From Octopus sinensis (taxonomy: Eukaryota), in the NCBI RefSeq assembly GCF_006345805.1, contig NC_043008.1:24366001-24430000 (forward strand): a stretch of DNA of 64,000 nucleotides, read 5' to 3'. A model generated the notes under the pieces. The model ran no database searches, had not been told where the DNA came from, and was given only the letters and a program-made list of their open reading frames with translations. The position numbers and the translations under genes are program-made. Below, piece by piece: positions 42,657-55,787 of this stretch. Numbering within the stretch: the stretch's first letter is position 1; each line of letters begins with the position of its first letter.

Positions 42657-42921
42657 AATAGGAAAAAAGCAACAAGAATGGATTAAAATCTCGGTACGAT
42701 CGTTTCGTACGAGGACATCTTTAATAAGCTACAAAAAATGCAGTGAATACAGATGGCTCGTACTCGTCAGCCGAAAAAACATCAGAGAATTCCCAAACAT
42801 CAAAAGGCTGACGAGTACGAGCCATCTGTATTCACTGCATTTTTTGTAGCTTATTAAAGATGTCCTCGTACGAAACGATCGTACCGAGATTTTAATCCAT
42901 TCTTGTTGCTTTTTCCTATTT
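42656..42921. repeat. Near-perfect inverted repeat (arms about 117 bp, 33-nt spacer)
   Basis: 42656-42772 is the reverse complement of 42806-42921, apart from one base in an A/T run. Confidence 0.95.
42806..42888 (+). ncRNA. Hammerhead ribozyme with 43-nt stem-II insert (mirror copy on the minus strand at about 42690-42775)
   Basis: gg-CTGACGA-GTACGAG(43 nt)CTCGTAC-GAAA-CGATCG-TA-cc. The minus-strand copy has the longer stem I ttcgg/ccgag. Confidence 0.8.
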
Positions 42922-43094
42922 GTAATCACCCCACTTGTCGTATGGTTAACACCATATAGATTTCCGGTGCATCCTAGTTAAGGACCATATTCATGTGAAT
43001 TCTTTAGAATTCACTAGAATCTCAATTACTTAACCGTATATATATATATAATATATATATATATATTATATATATATATATATATATATGCATA

Positions 43095-44384
43095 CAGGGT
43101 GAGGAAGCAAAATTTACAATGAACGTTAAGTTGCTTTTTCTCAGGAGGCACTAAGTCAATTGCTTTGAAACCTAGCATATACTGATGTCATACTCATATC
43201 TAACACTATTATCCTTACCTTTTCAGAAACTTTTGCCCATATGAGTAATTAGGAAAGCAAACGTCAAAGAGTGTGTGATTTGCTGAATGCACTCGTCACA
43301 CCAAAGGAGATTTCAAGGATAGTTGGAGTGTCCATAAAGACTGTTTATAATGTAAAGAATAGAATAACTATGAGCAAAACTATTACGAGGAAGTCTGGAA
43401 GTGGAGGAATCAACAAAAAACGTACCAAAGCTTTTATTAAAGCTCTCAAATCCAAAATCCTAAAGGATCCAACCAAATCAATGAGAAAAATGCAATTGAA
43501 CTTGAGGTAGACAAGAAGACCATTAGAAATGCAGTAAAATATGATTTGAGGTTTAAAATCTTACACAAGAACACCAAAACATTTGTTGACAACAGCTATG
43601 AAGGAAAAGAGATTGGAGAGGTGCAAGAAAATTATTACATGGTTCAAGAAAAAGTCCTCCATTGTAACAATCTTTTCAGATGAAAGGATTTTCACTGTCG
43701 ATGCTGTTCTGAACCGCAGAAATGACAGAGCTATTGCAAAATCAACAGCTGAGGTTAAGGGGACATTCAAAACAAAACATCCTGCACAAGTTATGGCTTT
43801 TGGTGTTGTGGCTTCCGATGGAAAGAAAATGCCTATAAAATTCTACAAAGCTGATGAAAAGATCAATGTTAATACTTACTACAAGACTCTGAGATACCAG
43901 GTATTGTCATGGCTTAAAGCAAACTACCCAGATGGTAATTATGTATGGACACAGGATGGTGCTCCAGCCCACACAGCCAGAAAAATACAAGATTTCTGCA
44001 AATCCAACTTTAGCGATTTTTGGGAATCATATTTATGGCCGCCTTCTAGCCCAGATCTAAACCCTCTGGATTATGCTATTTGGGGCGTTTTAGAACATGC
44101 TACCAATAGAACATCACACAGCAATGTCGACTCTCTTAAATATACTATTATAGAAGAATGGGAGAAGTTGTCTCCCGAATATTTGAGGAACACTTGTACA
44201 AGTTTCAGGAAGTGTGAGAAGGCAGTTATTGAGAAAGAAGGAGGACACATAGAATAAAAACATTTTCTATTATGTAAATTTTCTTGTGGCAAATAAATTC
44301 TCATAACTTTCAATAAAATAATTGGTCATACACTGTCTTTCAATCCCTGCCTCAAAATATTGTAAATTTTGCTTCCTCACCCTG
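43095..44384 (+). mobile_element. Full-length DD37D (maT/Bmmar1-type) transposon, 1290 bp
   Basis: Perfect 26-bp TIRs cagggtgaggaagcaaaatttacaat with TA flanks. Motifs FSDE, QDGAPAH and SPDLNPLDY, with 37 residues between D2 and D3. Confidence 0.95.
43241..44257 (+). pseudogene. DD37D transposase, disrupted by an early stop and frameshifts near 43490-43555
   Basis: ATG AGT AAT TAG at the start; ORF pieces 43271-43510 and 43583-44257. Confidence 0.88.
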
Positions 44385-44512
44385 TATATATTTGGCTAAA
44401 CTGGCAAAATGACCATTCCTAAATACAACATATATATATATATATAGATGTATACATATAGATGTATACATATAGATGTATATATATATACATATATGTA
44501 TATATATATACA

Positions 44513-44574
<62 letters not shown>

Positions 44575-44591
44575 GTGTGTGTGTGTGTGTC

Positions 44592-44894
44592 GAGGCGCAA
44601 TGGCCCAGTGGTTAGGGCAGCGGACTCGCGGTAGTAGGATCGCGGTTTCGATTCCCAGACCGGGCGTTGTGTGTGTTTATTGAGCGAAAACACCTAAAAG
44701 CTCCACGAGGCTCCGGCAGGGAGGGGGGGGGGTGATCACTGCTGTACTCTATCACCATTCTTTCTTCTGTTGGCCTGCTCACTTAGCCAGCGAGATGGCG
44801 TCATTCGAAGGCTAAAACTATGCTAACGCAGCGATGTTTAGCAACATGACCAGCGATGTTTAGCAACATCTGATGGCCTGGTCAGTCACGTGAT

Positions 44895-44902
<8 letters not shown>
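44592..44902 (+). mobile_element. SINE family C, full length, tRNA-derived
   Basis: A box TGGCCCAGTGG, B box GGTTTCGATTCCC, tail tcacgtgatcacgtgata. Confidence 0.85.
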
Positions 44903-44925
<23 letters not shown>

Positions 44926-45118
44926 CAGAGAGAGAGAGAAAGGCACAGATACATACACACATGCATACAAACATGTATACATATATTTGAATTGAGTTAA
45001 GGAAACGACTCACAATTACAGAGTTATTAAGAGAATGGAAGAAGAAAAGGGAAATAAGAATAGTATGAGAAGGCGAGGGAATCGAGAGAGAGGGAGAGAG
45101 AGCAAGAGAGAGAGAGCA

Positions 45119-45149
<31 letters not shown>

Positions 45150-45416
45150 GAAGTGAGTGGAAGGAAAATACAATGCAAAATAGCTCAAAATGTGCAGACA
45201 ATTGTTCTACAGGAATGTCTAAATGGAAGATATAGAAATAAAATAAATGCATACCAAAGAAATAAAGTTAAACAGTTAATGTAGATATATATTTCTTCGT
45301 CCTTGATGTTTTGAAATATTCTTTTTTTCTGCAAACACACATGCACCTGTTTTTTTTACACATACATACGCATACGTATATAGACATATATGTTTCTGTT
45401 TATATAAAAATTGAAT

Positions 45417-45448
<32 letters not shown>

Positions 45449-45750
45449 ATATATAATATATATATATATATTATATATATATATATATGTGTATAGTAGT
45501 ATACATACAGATTTACACGCATGATATTCACACACACATATATATACATACATACATGTATATATTTATACTCACGCGCACACATATATAGATATTTGGG
45601 CACGATGTTCATTTATATTTGCTTGTGTACATTTATATACTCATAACATATTCACTAACGTGCATACATTTGTAAATGTTCGTGCTAGGATATATAATAT
45701 AACATAATATAATATAATATATCTGTGTATCTGTAAATATGTATCCATGC

Positions 45751-45752
<2 letters not shown>

Positions 45753-45831
<79 letters not shown>

Positions 45832-45845
45832 CCTATCTATCTACC
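45753..45845. repeat. (CTAT)n microsatellite
   Basis: Read directly. Confidence 0.95.
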
Positions 45846-46680
45846 TGTCTGTCTGCCTATATATGTATATATATATGTATGTATATACACACACATATGT
45901 AAATATATATGTATGCGTGTGCGTGTGTACTTATTATATATATATGTATATATATATATATGCAGATAAATACATACATACATATATATGCAAGTGAGAA
46001 AAAGAGCGTAAACAAAATATTAAATATAAGTGAAATTTTGTGTAAATATCTTGATTGTTAACAATTTTTCAAATGTAATTTTTCCAATGCTATTATAAAA
46101 TTTTCTCTTAAATAAAATCTTTCTAAGTGATTTATATTTAAGTTTATCTTCGGATTTCTTCATGGCGAAAGGAGAAAAAATAAAGCAAAGCAGAAATTCT
46201 GACAACAAAGAATTCCCAAACAATACGGAATTTATCAGAACCAAAAAAAAAAAAAATTTTAAGAAATGAAAATGAAAATTTACATGCATCAATACTTGTA
46301 CTGAAATAACAACAATAATAATAACAATAACATCAAAATGAGAACAGTAAAACAAACATCGAACAAGTATAAAGCCATATTTTATTATTTATCTATAGAT
46401 TGCTTCTGATGATACATTTATAAATCTAAATTAGAAAGCTACAGAATAGTACTTTATACTGTACATAAAACGCTTGTTTGTCGTTTAGAATAGGTTAGGA
46501 TATCTTTTATTGCTTCTTTATATCTTTATTTCATTTTGTTTTGCTTTGCAATCGGAACTTTGTTAGAATAAAGGGTGGAATATGAGAAATGAAAAGGGTG
46601 TAGTGTAAATGGATATAATCTAGATGTTGTAGAAGAGAGCTTAGTCATGTTGGTTTTTACATATTTCATACTTTGCTAAC

Positions 46681-47300
46681 TTTGTTGAAACTATGCATAG
46701 TCCAGAGATGAAAAGGGTAAATGTTTTTATTTCTCTTTCAATTTCAGAATTACAACTAGTTAGCGGTTTGAGTTTGGCTGCTCTTTCTAGTGAGTCGAAT
46801 GGCCTATTAGGGCAATTCCTTATATTGTTGAATGTATATTATATAGTCTTTGACTATCTTTTCTTTCTCACTAGACCGCTGGTAGCGGAGAATTTTTTCT
46901 AGAATTTTTTTGCTACCCTTATATTTATTAATTAATGATTTTTTGGCTAATTTTGAAATTAAATCAGCAGTTTATATTTGCTGCTGAGAAGACCGCGCGG
47001 TGGAGTTGGATTTTGAAAATTTAGAGCATATAGACTGGAGGTTTTTTTGCCATCGCCTCGTGGACATATACTCGTCCTCGGCTTCTCTGCTGACGAGACA
47101 CGCCAGTTGTAAATAAGTTTAATTTAATTTAATTAATTTGTTTACCAAAGTTTGTCGAAACTATGCATAGTCCAGAGATGAAAAGGGTAAATGTTTTTAT
47201 TTCTCTTTCAATTTCAGAATTACAACTATTTAGCGGTTTGAGTTTGGCTGCTCTTTCTAGTGAGTCGAATGGCCTATTAGGGCCATTCCTTATATTGTTG
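46681..47300 (+). mobile_element. Tandem PLE pLTR-like unit: about 150-bp direct repeats 470 bp apart
   Basis: 46681-46830 and 47151-47300 are nearly identical and both begin with GAAACTATGCATAGTC. Confidence 0.8.
47084..47178 (+). ncRNA. Type-I hammerhead ribozyme with about 52-nt stem-II insert
   Basis: tctctg-CTGACGA-GACA(insert with gtaaataagtt/aatttgtttac pairing)TGTC-GAAA-CTATGCATAG-TC-cagaga. Confidence 0.85.
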
Positions 47301-47347
<47 letters not shown>

Positions 47348-47955
47348 ATATAATATATAATATATATATATATATTACATGTATAATGAACGATTTAAAG
47401 AAACATAGATTACCATTTATAGTAATTATACTAGTTAACATGATTGTGATAATTAATGATATTTTTGCAAATAATACTAAAATAATTTTAGTAATAACAA
47501 AAAATGATATGAATTGAGGGTATAAACACAAACAGTGAATTAGCTCTGAATAAATAATGTACTCCATACAGTAAAATGTAAACAAAACTGCTACAATTGA
47601 TTGTAATAGGGATCAACATTTTATAAACCACGATTAAACTGTAATACCAGTAGAGCCGATTATAAGACCAGAATTAAATTTGATTTGAAAAGCAAACCTA
47701 TAACCTTCAAATGAATACCAACGCAGGACGCTTATTTGAATTAATTCCCTTTGGAAACGTCATGATGGACCTTGATGAAATTGCAGCGACTAGGATGCAT
47801 AGTTGCATACGCAGCAGTGTGTGGTTGCTACAATTGAAACATATGTTGGTCGTTGTTATATATGCCGTAGAAAACGTTTTTGATAAAAAGTTTTGGATGT
47901 GAATAAATCTTCACGTTCCTCTTCGTTTTCAATAGTATATTACATGTATATATAT

Positions 47956-48593
47956 ATATATAGTAAAGTAAATAAGATGGCTAGCAGCAGGCTGTTTCGC
48001 CTCATACCGAAGGAATTAGAAATGACAGTCAAAGACCGTTTTTTCCATTTTCTATAAGTGGAGATTCCAAAAACGAAGGCCCTTGCGGCTCACATACACA
48101 AAACCGGAGTAGCAGATAGACGAAAGCAGTCACTTACCGTTAATAACGAACACGTGTTTCTGGATCACAAACATAGAAAAGCAGTTTGATTTCCGTCATC
48201 GGCGCTATATTCGATAGCTTTACCAAATGCCACCAGCCCTCACTTCTGACCCAGCGACATCAGATAGTGGGGGGAAGTGCGCAGATGTTAAAACTAAGTA
48301 ACGACTGGGAACGTAAATTTTCCCTCCAAAATTCTGCCATGCGAGCCTTCTGGGTAATCGTAAAGGAATGAGGAATCCACGTGATCCAGAAACACGTGTT
48401 CGTTATTAACGGTAAGTGACTGCTTTCGTCTATTTGCTACTCCGGTTTTGTGTATGTGAGCCGCAAGGGCCTTCGTTTTTGGAATCTCCACTTATAGAAA
48501 ATGGAAAAAAACGGTCTTTGACTGCCATTTCTAATTCCTTCGGTATGAGGCGAAACAGCCTGCTGCTAGCCATCTTATTTACTTTACTATATA
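47956..48593. repeat. Long inverted repeat (213-bp arms, 2 mismatches seen, 212-bp spacer)
   Basis: 47956-48168 is the reverse complement of 48381-48593. Confidence 0.95.
48143..48208 (-). ncRNA. Hammerhead ribozyme (U4C variant) spanning the arm/spacer junction
   Basis: atagcg-CCGATGA-cGGA(hairpin insert)TCCa-GAAA-CACGTG-TT-cgttat. Confidence 0.6.
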
Positions 48594-48710
48594 CTGAACC
48601 TTACAAAGGTCCTGACAATTAATTTGTCGTATTTACATACCGAAATTTACCGGTAAATAATTGTTGGTTACATGAAAAACCACAGGAAAATTATTTTCCA
48701 TTTTTATTGC

Positions 48711-48748
<38 letters not shown>

Positions 48749-49133
48749 CATATATAAAATAAAGGAAGTTTAACGCAGGTGTTATTCAAATACTTTTACT
48801 TCCGACACATGTTTCGAAGATATTACTGATATTATTCTAAAGTTAAACTCCATTTATTTATTTATATATTATACAAAAAAATTTCACGTGAACCCGAAGT
48901 TTCTACCTTTAAAAGTAAGGAGTTGATCTTTTGCTAACTATTTATCTACTTTTTGTAACTATTTAGGTAACTATTTATCTATTGTTTCCGTGTTAATTGT
49001 TAACAAGGGACAAATAAACACATCTATTTATATATATATATATATGTATAAGGGTGGAAAGGAACACACGAGTTGATATATATGAAAAAACAAGTCAAAA
49101 ATAGAAAATGCTAAGATGATTTTATAGTGAATC

Positions 49134-49177
49134 TTTCAGTACCGGTTTCGGTCATTTTGAGACCTTTTCAACTGTAA
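49134..49177 (-). ncRNA. Hammerhead ribozyme, U3-A8 core variant
   Basis: cag-TTGAAAA-GGTC tcaaaat GACC-GAAA-CCGG-TA-ctg. Confidence 0.75.
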
Positions 49178-49521
49178 CGATTAAATAATTAAATTTAGAA
49201 AAATTAGAAGAAAAGTTTTTTTAAAAGAATATTTCTGTAGTAGTGTTCAGATATAAGTAGCATTCTGCCTTTCTCTGACTCCCTTGTTTGCACTTGTGTG
49301 TTCGAGGTCGTTTTGAGTTCTTGGTAGGATAGGTGAAGAATAATGAGGCTGATGTGGAGAGGGGTGGGGAAATCTGGGAATGCCTTAATGGTCGTATTTT
49401 GAATGTTCAGTGGCTGACAGTGGCTGACAGTAGTCGCAGTTCAATTCAGGAATTGTTTATGGAATTTGCGTAGGCGTTATACTGAAAGACATTAGTGACA
49501 AGGTTAAGGGGTGGAAGGTGG

Positions 49522-49645
49522 AGAAGTAGAAGAAGAAGAAGATGACGATGTTGATGATGATGAAGAAAAGAAGAAGAGAAGAAGAAGAAGAAGAAGAAGA
49601 AGAAGAAGAAGAAGAAGAAGAAGAAGAAGAAGGAGAAGGAGAAGA
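49522..49645. repeat. (GAA)n microsatellite
   Basis: Read directly; source of the poly-E and poly-F pseudo-ORFs. Confidence 0.95.
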
Positions 49646-49839
49646 TGGTAAGACTCGAATCTACATCAGATGTTCTACCATTAGACAAAAACAATCTTTT
49701 GAATTCCCCTGTCAATTTCAGAAACTTCACTTTTTACCAAGTTTATATTTAGTTGCTACTAATAAACAATTGCGTGTAAGTATTGGGCAACTATTTATAG
49801 CATTACAGGCTTCGAGCTTCATTGTTTCAGAATGACACA

Positions 49840-50178
49840 GCAGAATCTCACAGGCTTGGATACAAGACTTTACTATATCCTCCAAATTCTCCCGATCTCT
49901 CACCCACCGACTACCACTTTTTCAAGCATCTAGATGCATTTTTAAGGCAAAACACATTATGTTGCAAAACAAAGGTTGAAATTGAATTCAAGAATTTGTT
50001 GGCAGCGAAACCTTTATACTTTTATTGAAGAGGAATAAAGGACCTCGTTAATTGATGGGAGAAATGTATAGATGTGCAGGGATCATATTTCAAATAATTA
50101 AACCTTTGCACCAGTACAGTTTTTCAAGGATATAGGATGATTTTTAAAATCGGCCATTATTTTCCGAACAAGCTAATA
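49840..50178 (+). mobile_element. Mariner 3' fragment with TIR-like end
   Basis: LGYKTLLYPPNSPDLSPTDYHFFKHLD; ends in cggccattattttccgaacaagctaaTA. Confidence 0.8.
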
Positions 50179-50268
50179 TTTCACGTTCTCTCCAAGGCTA
50201 TATATGCTTATGTCATTAGCAACATACAATTCTCATACACTTCTTGCTAGTAAGATTAATAAAAGAAT

Positions 50269-50299
<31 letters not shown>

Positions 50300-50357
50300 C
50301 ACACACACACACACACACTCACACACACACATACATATATATATATGTATGTATATA

Positions 50358-50422
<65 letters not shown>

Positions 50423-51480
50423 CATAATACATACATGCATACATACATACGCTCATACGTACATACATACACACATACGTGTATATATACATGCATACAT
50501 AGACACAACATATACTCTCTGACACACATATACGTACTAATACAAGTGTCGGAGAAGGACAGTGATGAGAATTTTTTCATATATTTTCAATACAAAAGAG
50601 GTAATTTAGGAAAAACATCGTTGTAAACCGATCAATTAGAAATAACGTGGAATATAGACATATTTTCTTTCTTCCAGGTTCGAGTCTTTGAGCTCAAGAT
50701 AGTGTTGTATGTACAAAGACGAATTGTAACAAACATTGATTTAACTGTTTATATGAAATGAGGAGACATTTTACTTTAAAAACATATTCTATGTGCTAAA
50801 TATCATTAAGAATTGCTATCGACTTATATCTCAGAAGTATTTTATATAACGATTCTGCTTTCAAAGCAATTTCAGATTTAAACCATCCTCGAAATCACAT
50901 CATCAGTGGACATCAGTTTCCTAGTTATTCACATTAGAGTTGTTTGGTTGTTTACAACTAGCAATGACCTTTAGCTCTTGCAGAGATATTCCCATTAATA
51001 TTTTCCGACAAATTCTGTTTAATAGTAGTCACTGTCAATACTTATTTCCATCCAATCCACTCTAGTGTCTGGACAGAATCATTTTCTGCGGTAAGAAATG
51101 CATGCATCAAAGCAGTCATTTATATTACTACGTATGAGCAAATGCTGCAGTATTCTTGGCTCAATATCACTTATTACCTCAAATAATTTCATTGTGATGG
51201 AAACAAGTTTCTGAGAATACAAAGAATAATAACGAGGGGTACTGTTTTTGCTATAATGGATGTCTTCTGAAAGAAATGCAATAAAAGTAAGAAGTATATT
51301 TGTTTGCCTGGTTACAAATTGTATTCTTTTGGTCTTTTCAACCTGTACACTTCGGAGAAATATATTCAAAGATTCTGTGTGTGTCTATACAAACACACAC
51401 ACAAATATATATATACACATACACACAAACACACACATACATATATATACTTCTATATGCATATATATATATATATATGC

Positions 51481-51524
<44 letters not shown>

Positions 51525-51528
51525 TATA

Positions 51529-51586
<58 letters not shown>

Positions 51587-51654
51587 CACTTATATACGTA
51601 TATATATATATTTGTATATGCATTTATATATATATGTTTATGTATGCATGTATG

Positions 51655-51721
<67 letters not shown>

Positions 51722-52078
51722 GGTGTATGTATAAATACATCTATCTATGTATATGTTGATATGCATCTATGTATGACTGTGTGTGTTAATATTTCTCTTT
51801 AATTTTATCTCTCATTTTCTCGCTTATTTTTCTTGACTTCCCACTGTTTTCCTCTCATATCCAAGTCAATGTCTGCTTGTGCTCAATATCTATATGGAAA
51901 GAGAATAAAACCGGTTGAATGACTACAAAGTAGAGATATATGAATTAATTCTCTTGTGAGAATGCAATATCAGTAATGTGTGTGTGTGTGTATAAATATA
52001 TATATGTATATATATGTAGATATATATGTGTATATATACATATATATGTATGTATATATATGTATATAAATATGGATG

Positions 52079-52124
<46 letters not shown>

Positions 52125-52929
52125 GAGGAATGTATATTTAGGCCGAAGATCGATTGAGAGATGTATTTTACAGTGTGTTTTAAAGTTTAGAGGTAAGATT
52201 TTGGTGAGCTGAATTAGACACATCAGATTTCAATTATATATAGAAATTATTTACAGCTTGAATTCTCTTCAGAACTGCAGTATGTCACGTTTTTAGCTTT
52301 CTCTACCTTAAATTAAAGACCATTATGTCTACTGAAAATAATCTTATACTAAATTTTGCATCTGTTTGATATCATGGATTAAGAATATAATTTACTTACG
52401 CTGGTTCAGATTCAGTTCTCTGTTGTTGCTACTCGATCACTTATACTTCTTCAGACGTTACACTTTTTATTTCCTTTTTTCTGTTCTAAATACGGATATT
52501 CTTAATTTTAAGTAAGTAGTCATTAACTTTGAATAGTCACCCAAACACTAAATACTATATAGAGCTATCATATATCTCTGTAGATACATAATTATATGCT
52601 TTGCTTTTATTTATGTTTGCCCCTGTAGATGGAGATGATGGTATGTTCTACATAGAAAATGTTTTTATTTATTACTATATTGACGACGAAATTTGCCATA
52701 TCCATGAAATTCAAGTATTGACAAACCTGACAGCGGAAAATCTATAAAATAAAGATTTCATTAGTCTGCAGTGTTTAACTCTTAAGGACAGTACATATTT
52801 AGAGAGAAAGGCATCTTTTAACTGACTTGGCTGTAACATAACGGTATAAGCTTTACAGTATGAATCTACGGGCTTAGGGTGGAAGAGAGAAAAAGTGAGA
52901 GGGAGAGAAGGGGAGAGAGAAAGAGAAGT

Positions 52930-53130
52930 AAGGCGGCGAGCTAACAGAATTGAATCGTAAACATGCCAGACAATATACTTAGCGATATTTGTTCCGGCCT
53001 TACACTCTGATTTTGCTTTTTAACTCTTTCCGGGTCCATAAAATAATTACCAGTTGAGCCCTGAGGTTGGTGAAATTGACTAGCCTCTTTCCCAGAATTT
53101 CACGCCTTGTGCCTATTGTAGAAAGAATTG
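52930..53130 (+). mobile_element. SINE family B (degenerate)
   Basis: aaggcggcgagctaacagaat..tttccgggtccataaaataattaccag..ccttgtgcc. Confidence 0.7.
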
Positions 53131-53259
53131 TTTGAAAGAAAAGAGGAATAACCTCATGCAACGATGCTGTCATGGTAACAGACAGCTTTATGCATCATAT
53201 CACCATCATGCTCTTTTCAAGAACGCAAATACATAAACTCACACACACTCACACACACG

Positions 53260-53297
<38 letters not shown>

Positions 53298-54156
53298 TGC
53301 GCGCGCGCTCGGGTATGAATACCCATTAAAGAACAATCATAATTTGGACAAAGCGTAGATACACTTGATGAAAGCATATAATCATGATTTTCTAAACATT
53401 ACTGTCATTAATTAGATAATATAATATCTCTTCGTTCATACATTAAAACAACGCAAATAGATCACTTTGATTTTAATGAGTGGCACAATTATGTGCTCAT
53501 TATCAATGTTTAAGAAGCCCACTGCATTCATTGTTGTAGCATCAGGTATTATTAAGTGCTTCATCATAATTTATAAATAGGGTAATCTATCGAAGAGTAC
53601 ATGTTGTATTTTTCATTATCAAACATATCAGATATACACTGGAATTTTGTTACAAATTAGTTACACTTGACATGCATCTGTATGTAATATATTTTGCGTA
53701 GCAGTTCTTCAAATATTCATATTTGTGAATAACCAATCTCAATTTTTAGATTAATTCATATAAATTAATTTTAAGATTATATATTTCGCTAAGTCGATTT
53801 ATCCATTTGCATTCATGTACAATTTTTATCATACGCGTACACACACACAAATACATGAATGTGTATGTATATCCACTAAAGAGCAATTATGAAGTTAAAT
53901 TACATTTTTGAAAAAATAGAGCGATGATTCTTCTTAATATATAATATATTAGAAATGCAATACATTTAATTCAGAGATAAAAGACAATTCAATTTTCCTT
54001 ATAAAATTGGGATTAAGATATATGTACGTCGTGAGGAGAAAATTAATTACTGCTGATGGTAATCTTCATTTTATACGAAATAGGTTTCATGTATACATGC
54101 ATATATTTTTGTATGTGCTGTAATTTCGTTTATGTGTGTGTGTATGAGTATTCATT

Positions 54157-54510
54157 AGGCCATGTGGTTAGAAGCTTGCTTCCCAACCACTAGGTTCTAT
54201 GTTCAGTCCCTCTGCGTGGCACATTGGGTAAGTGCTTTTTTACTGCAGCCTCGTGCCTACCAAAGATTTGAGAGTAGATTTGTGTGTGTGTGTGTGTGTA
54301 TGTATCTATGCGTATTTTTGTGTGTTTTTCGCCACCACAGTTTGAAAACTGACGTTGGTGTGTTTACGTCCTCGTAACATAGCGGTTCGCAAAGAGACCA
54401 ATAGGACAAGTACCTGGCTCTAAAAATATATGTACTGGAGTCGATTCGTTCGATTAAAATTCTGCATGGCTGAAGTCTGATAACTGATACAAGTAAAAGA
54501 AAAAAGATAT
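54157..54510 (+). mobile_element. SINE family A (degenerate)
   Basis: gaagcttgcttcccaaccac..gttcagtccc..ttggtgtgtttacgtcctcgtaac. Confidence 0.75.
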
Positions 54511-55720
54511 AATCCTAAAGGGTTTACATAAAGTAGGATTAAATTTCTATGTGCCACGTCAATGAAATTTACAGTGTTGATGTTTGATTTTAAAGAAAGT
54601 AACATTTATGCAGCAATCGAACACTATTCAGCGCTTTAAGGAGTTACTAATAATATTAAATGCAACATATATGACGATGAAAATAAAAAAAAATTACCGA
54701 ATAATTGACGATGATGATCATTACAATGACGATGAAGACGATGGTCATCACGATCATGATAAATTGCCAGATGAAATAATTTCCTTATCAAATACACGTG
54801 TAAATGATTACATTTTTACCAATTTGAATAAAAAGCTTTTTCAGAAAAATTTTCCTTTCCTTTCATAAATTGAAATTAATGATAATGAAAATAAATCTAA
54901 TGATAATTAAATAGCTTCTCTCGTAAAAAACAAAACAAAATAAATAACACAAAAGCTAATAATATTATTAACATCCATAATTGTTTGTTTATTTTGTAAA
55001 TCGTATTTCGAAGTGAAATTATCAGTGATTTAAAGTTTGTCAAGAGAGTGTAATCTAAATTGGGGAATATGAAAATATATTTGAATTTATTATGACTTTC
55101 CGTTTCTTTGTTTCATCTACTTTTTGAAAGCAATTTTTTTGTTTTCATAATTATGGGAATTAATGTTTATATCCTATCATAATATTATATTTTCATCAAT
55201 TTTCATTAATATATATCGCGTGTATATTTGCCTATGTGAGTTTCTATGTTTAAGTGTCCTTAATTCCATAAATTTTGTAGGAAAAATAAACAAATCAAAC
55301 ACATTCGTAAGTGAAATTTTAAATTATATAAATTTATGTTCATTATGAAAAATCTGTATTGCGATGTTAACCAAAAATCATCTCCTGATAAGCAAACACA
55401 TGAGTAAGTTTCAATTTCTAGTGAAAGTTAATTTATTTATATTTTTCACTAATGGCAGCATCCTAAATTCCCATTTCTCCTCAATGTAGCCAATTTCTAT
55501 TCCATAGAAATCAACTATAGCTACATTCCTAAAGCTGATGCAATCGAACCACTTTTTATCAGATTAAATGTTACATGTTATTCTAAAAACTGAGAATAAT
55601 AATTCGTAAGATGGACAAAAGTTTATTGAATCCTCGTCATTTGCGCACTTTCAGAGACTCAATATTATTACTTGTGCCATAAAATTTCATTGTATACACA
55701 CACAAACACATAATATATAC

Positions 55721-55787
<67 letters not shown>

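Noticed and set aside
44592-44670. tRNA gene (also 59887-59960)
   Set aside because: The A/B boxes continue into SINE bodies with partial copies elsewhere in the window, and there is no clean cloverleaf or terminator.
46400-46447. CTGATGA...GAAAGCTA hammerhead-like string
   Set aside because: Stems I and II do not pair convincingly.
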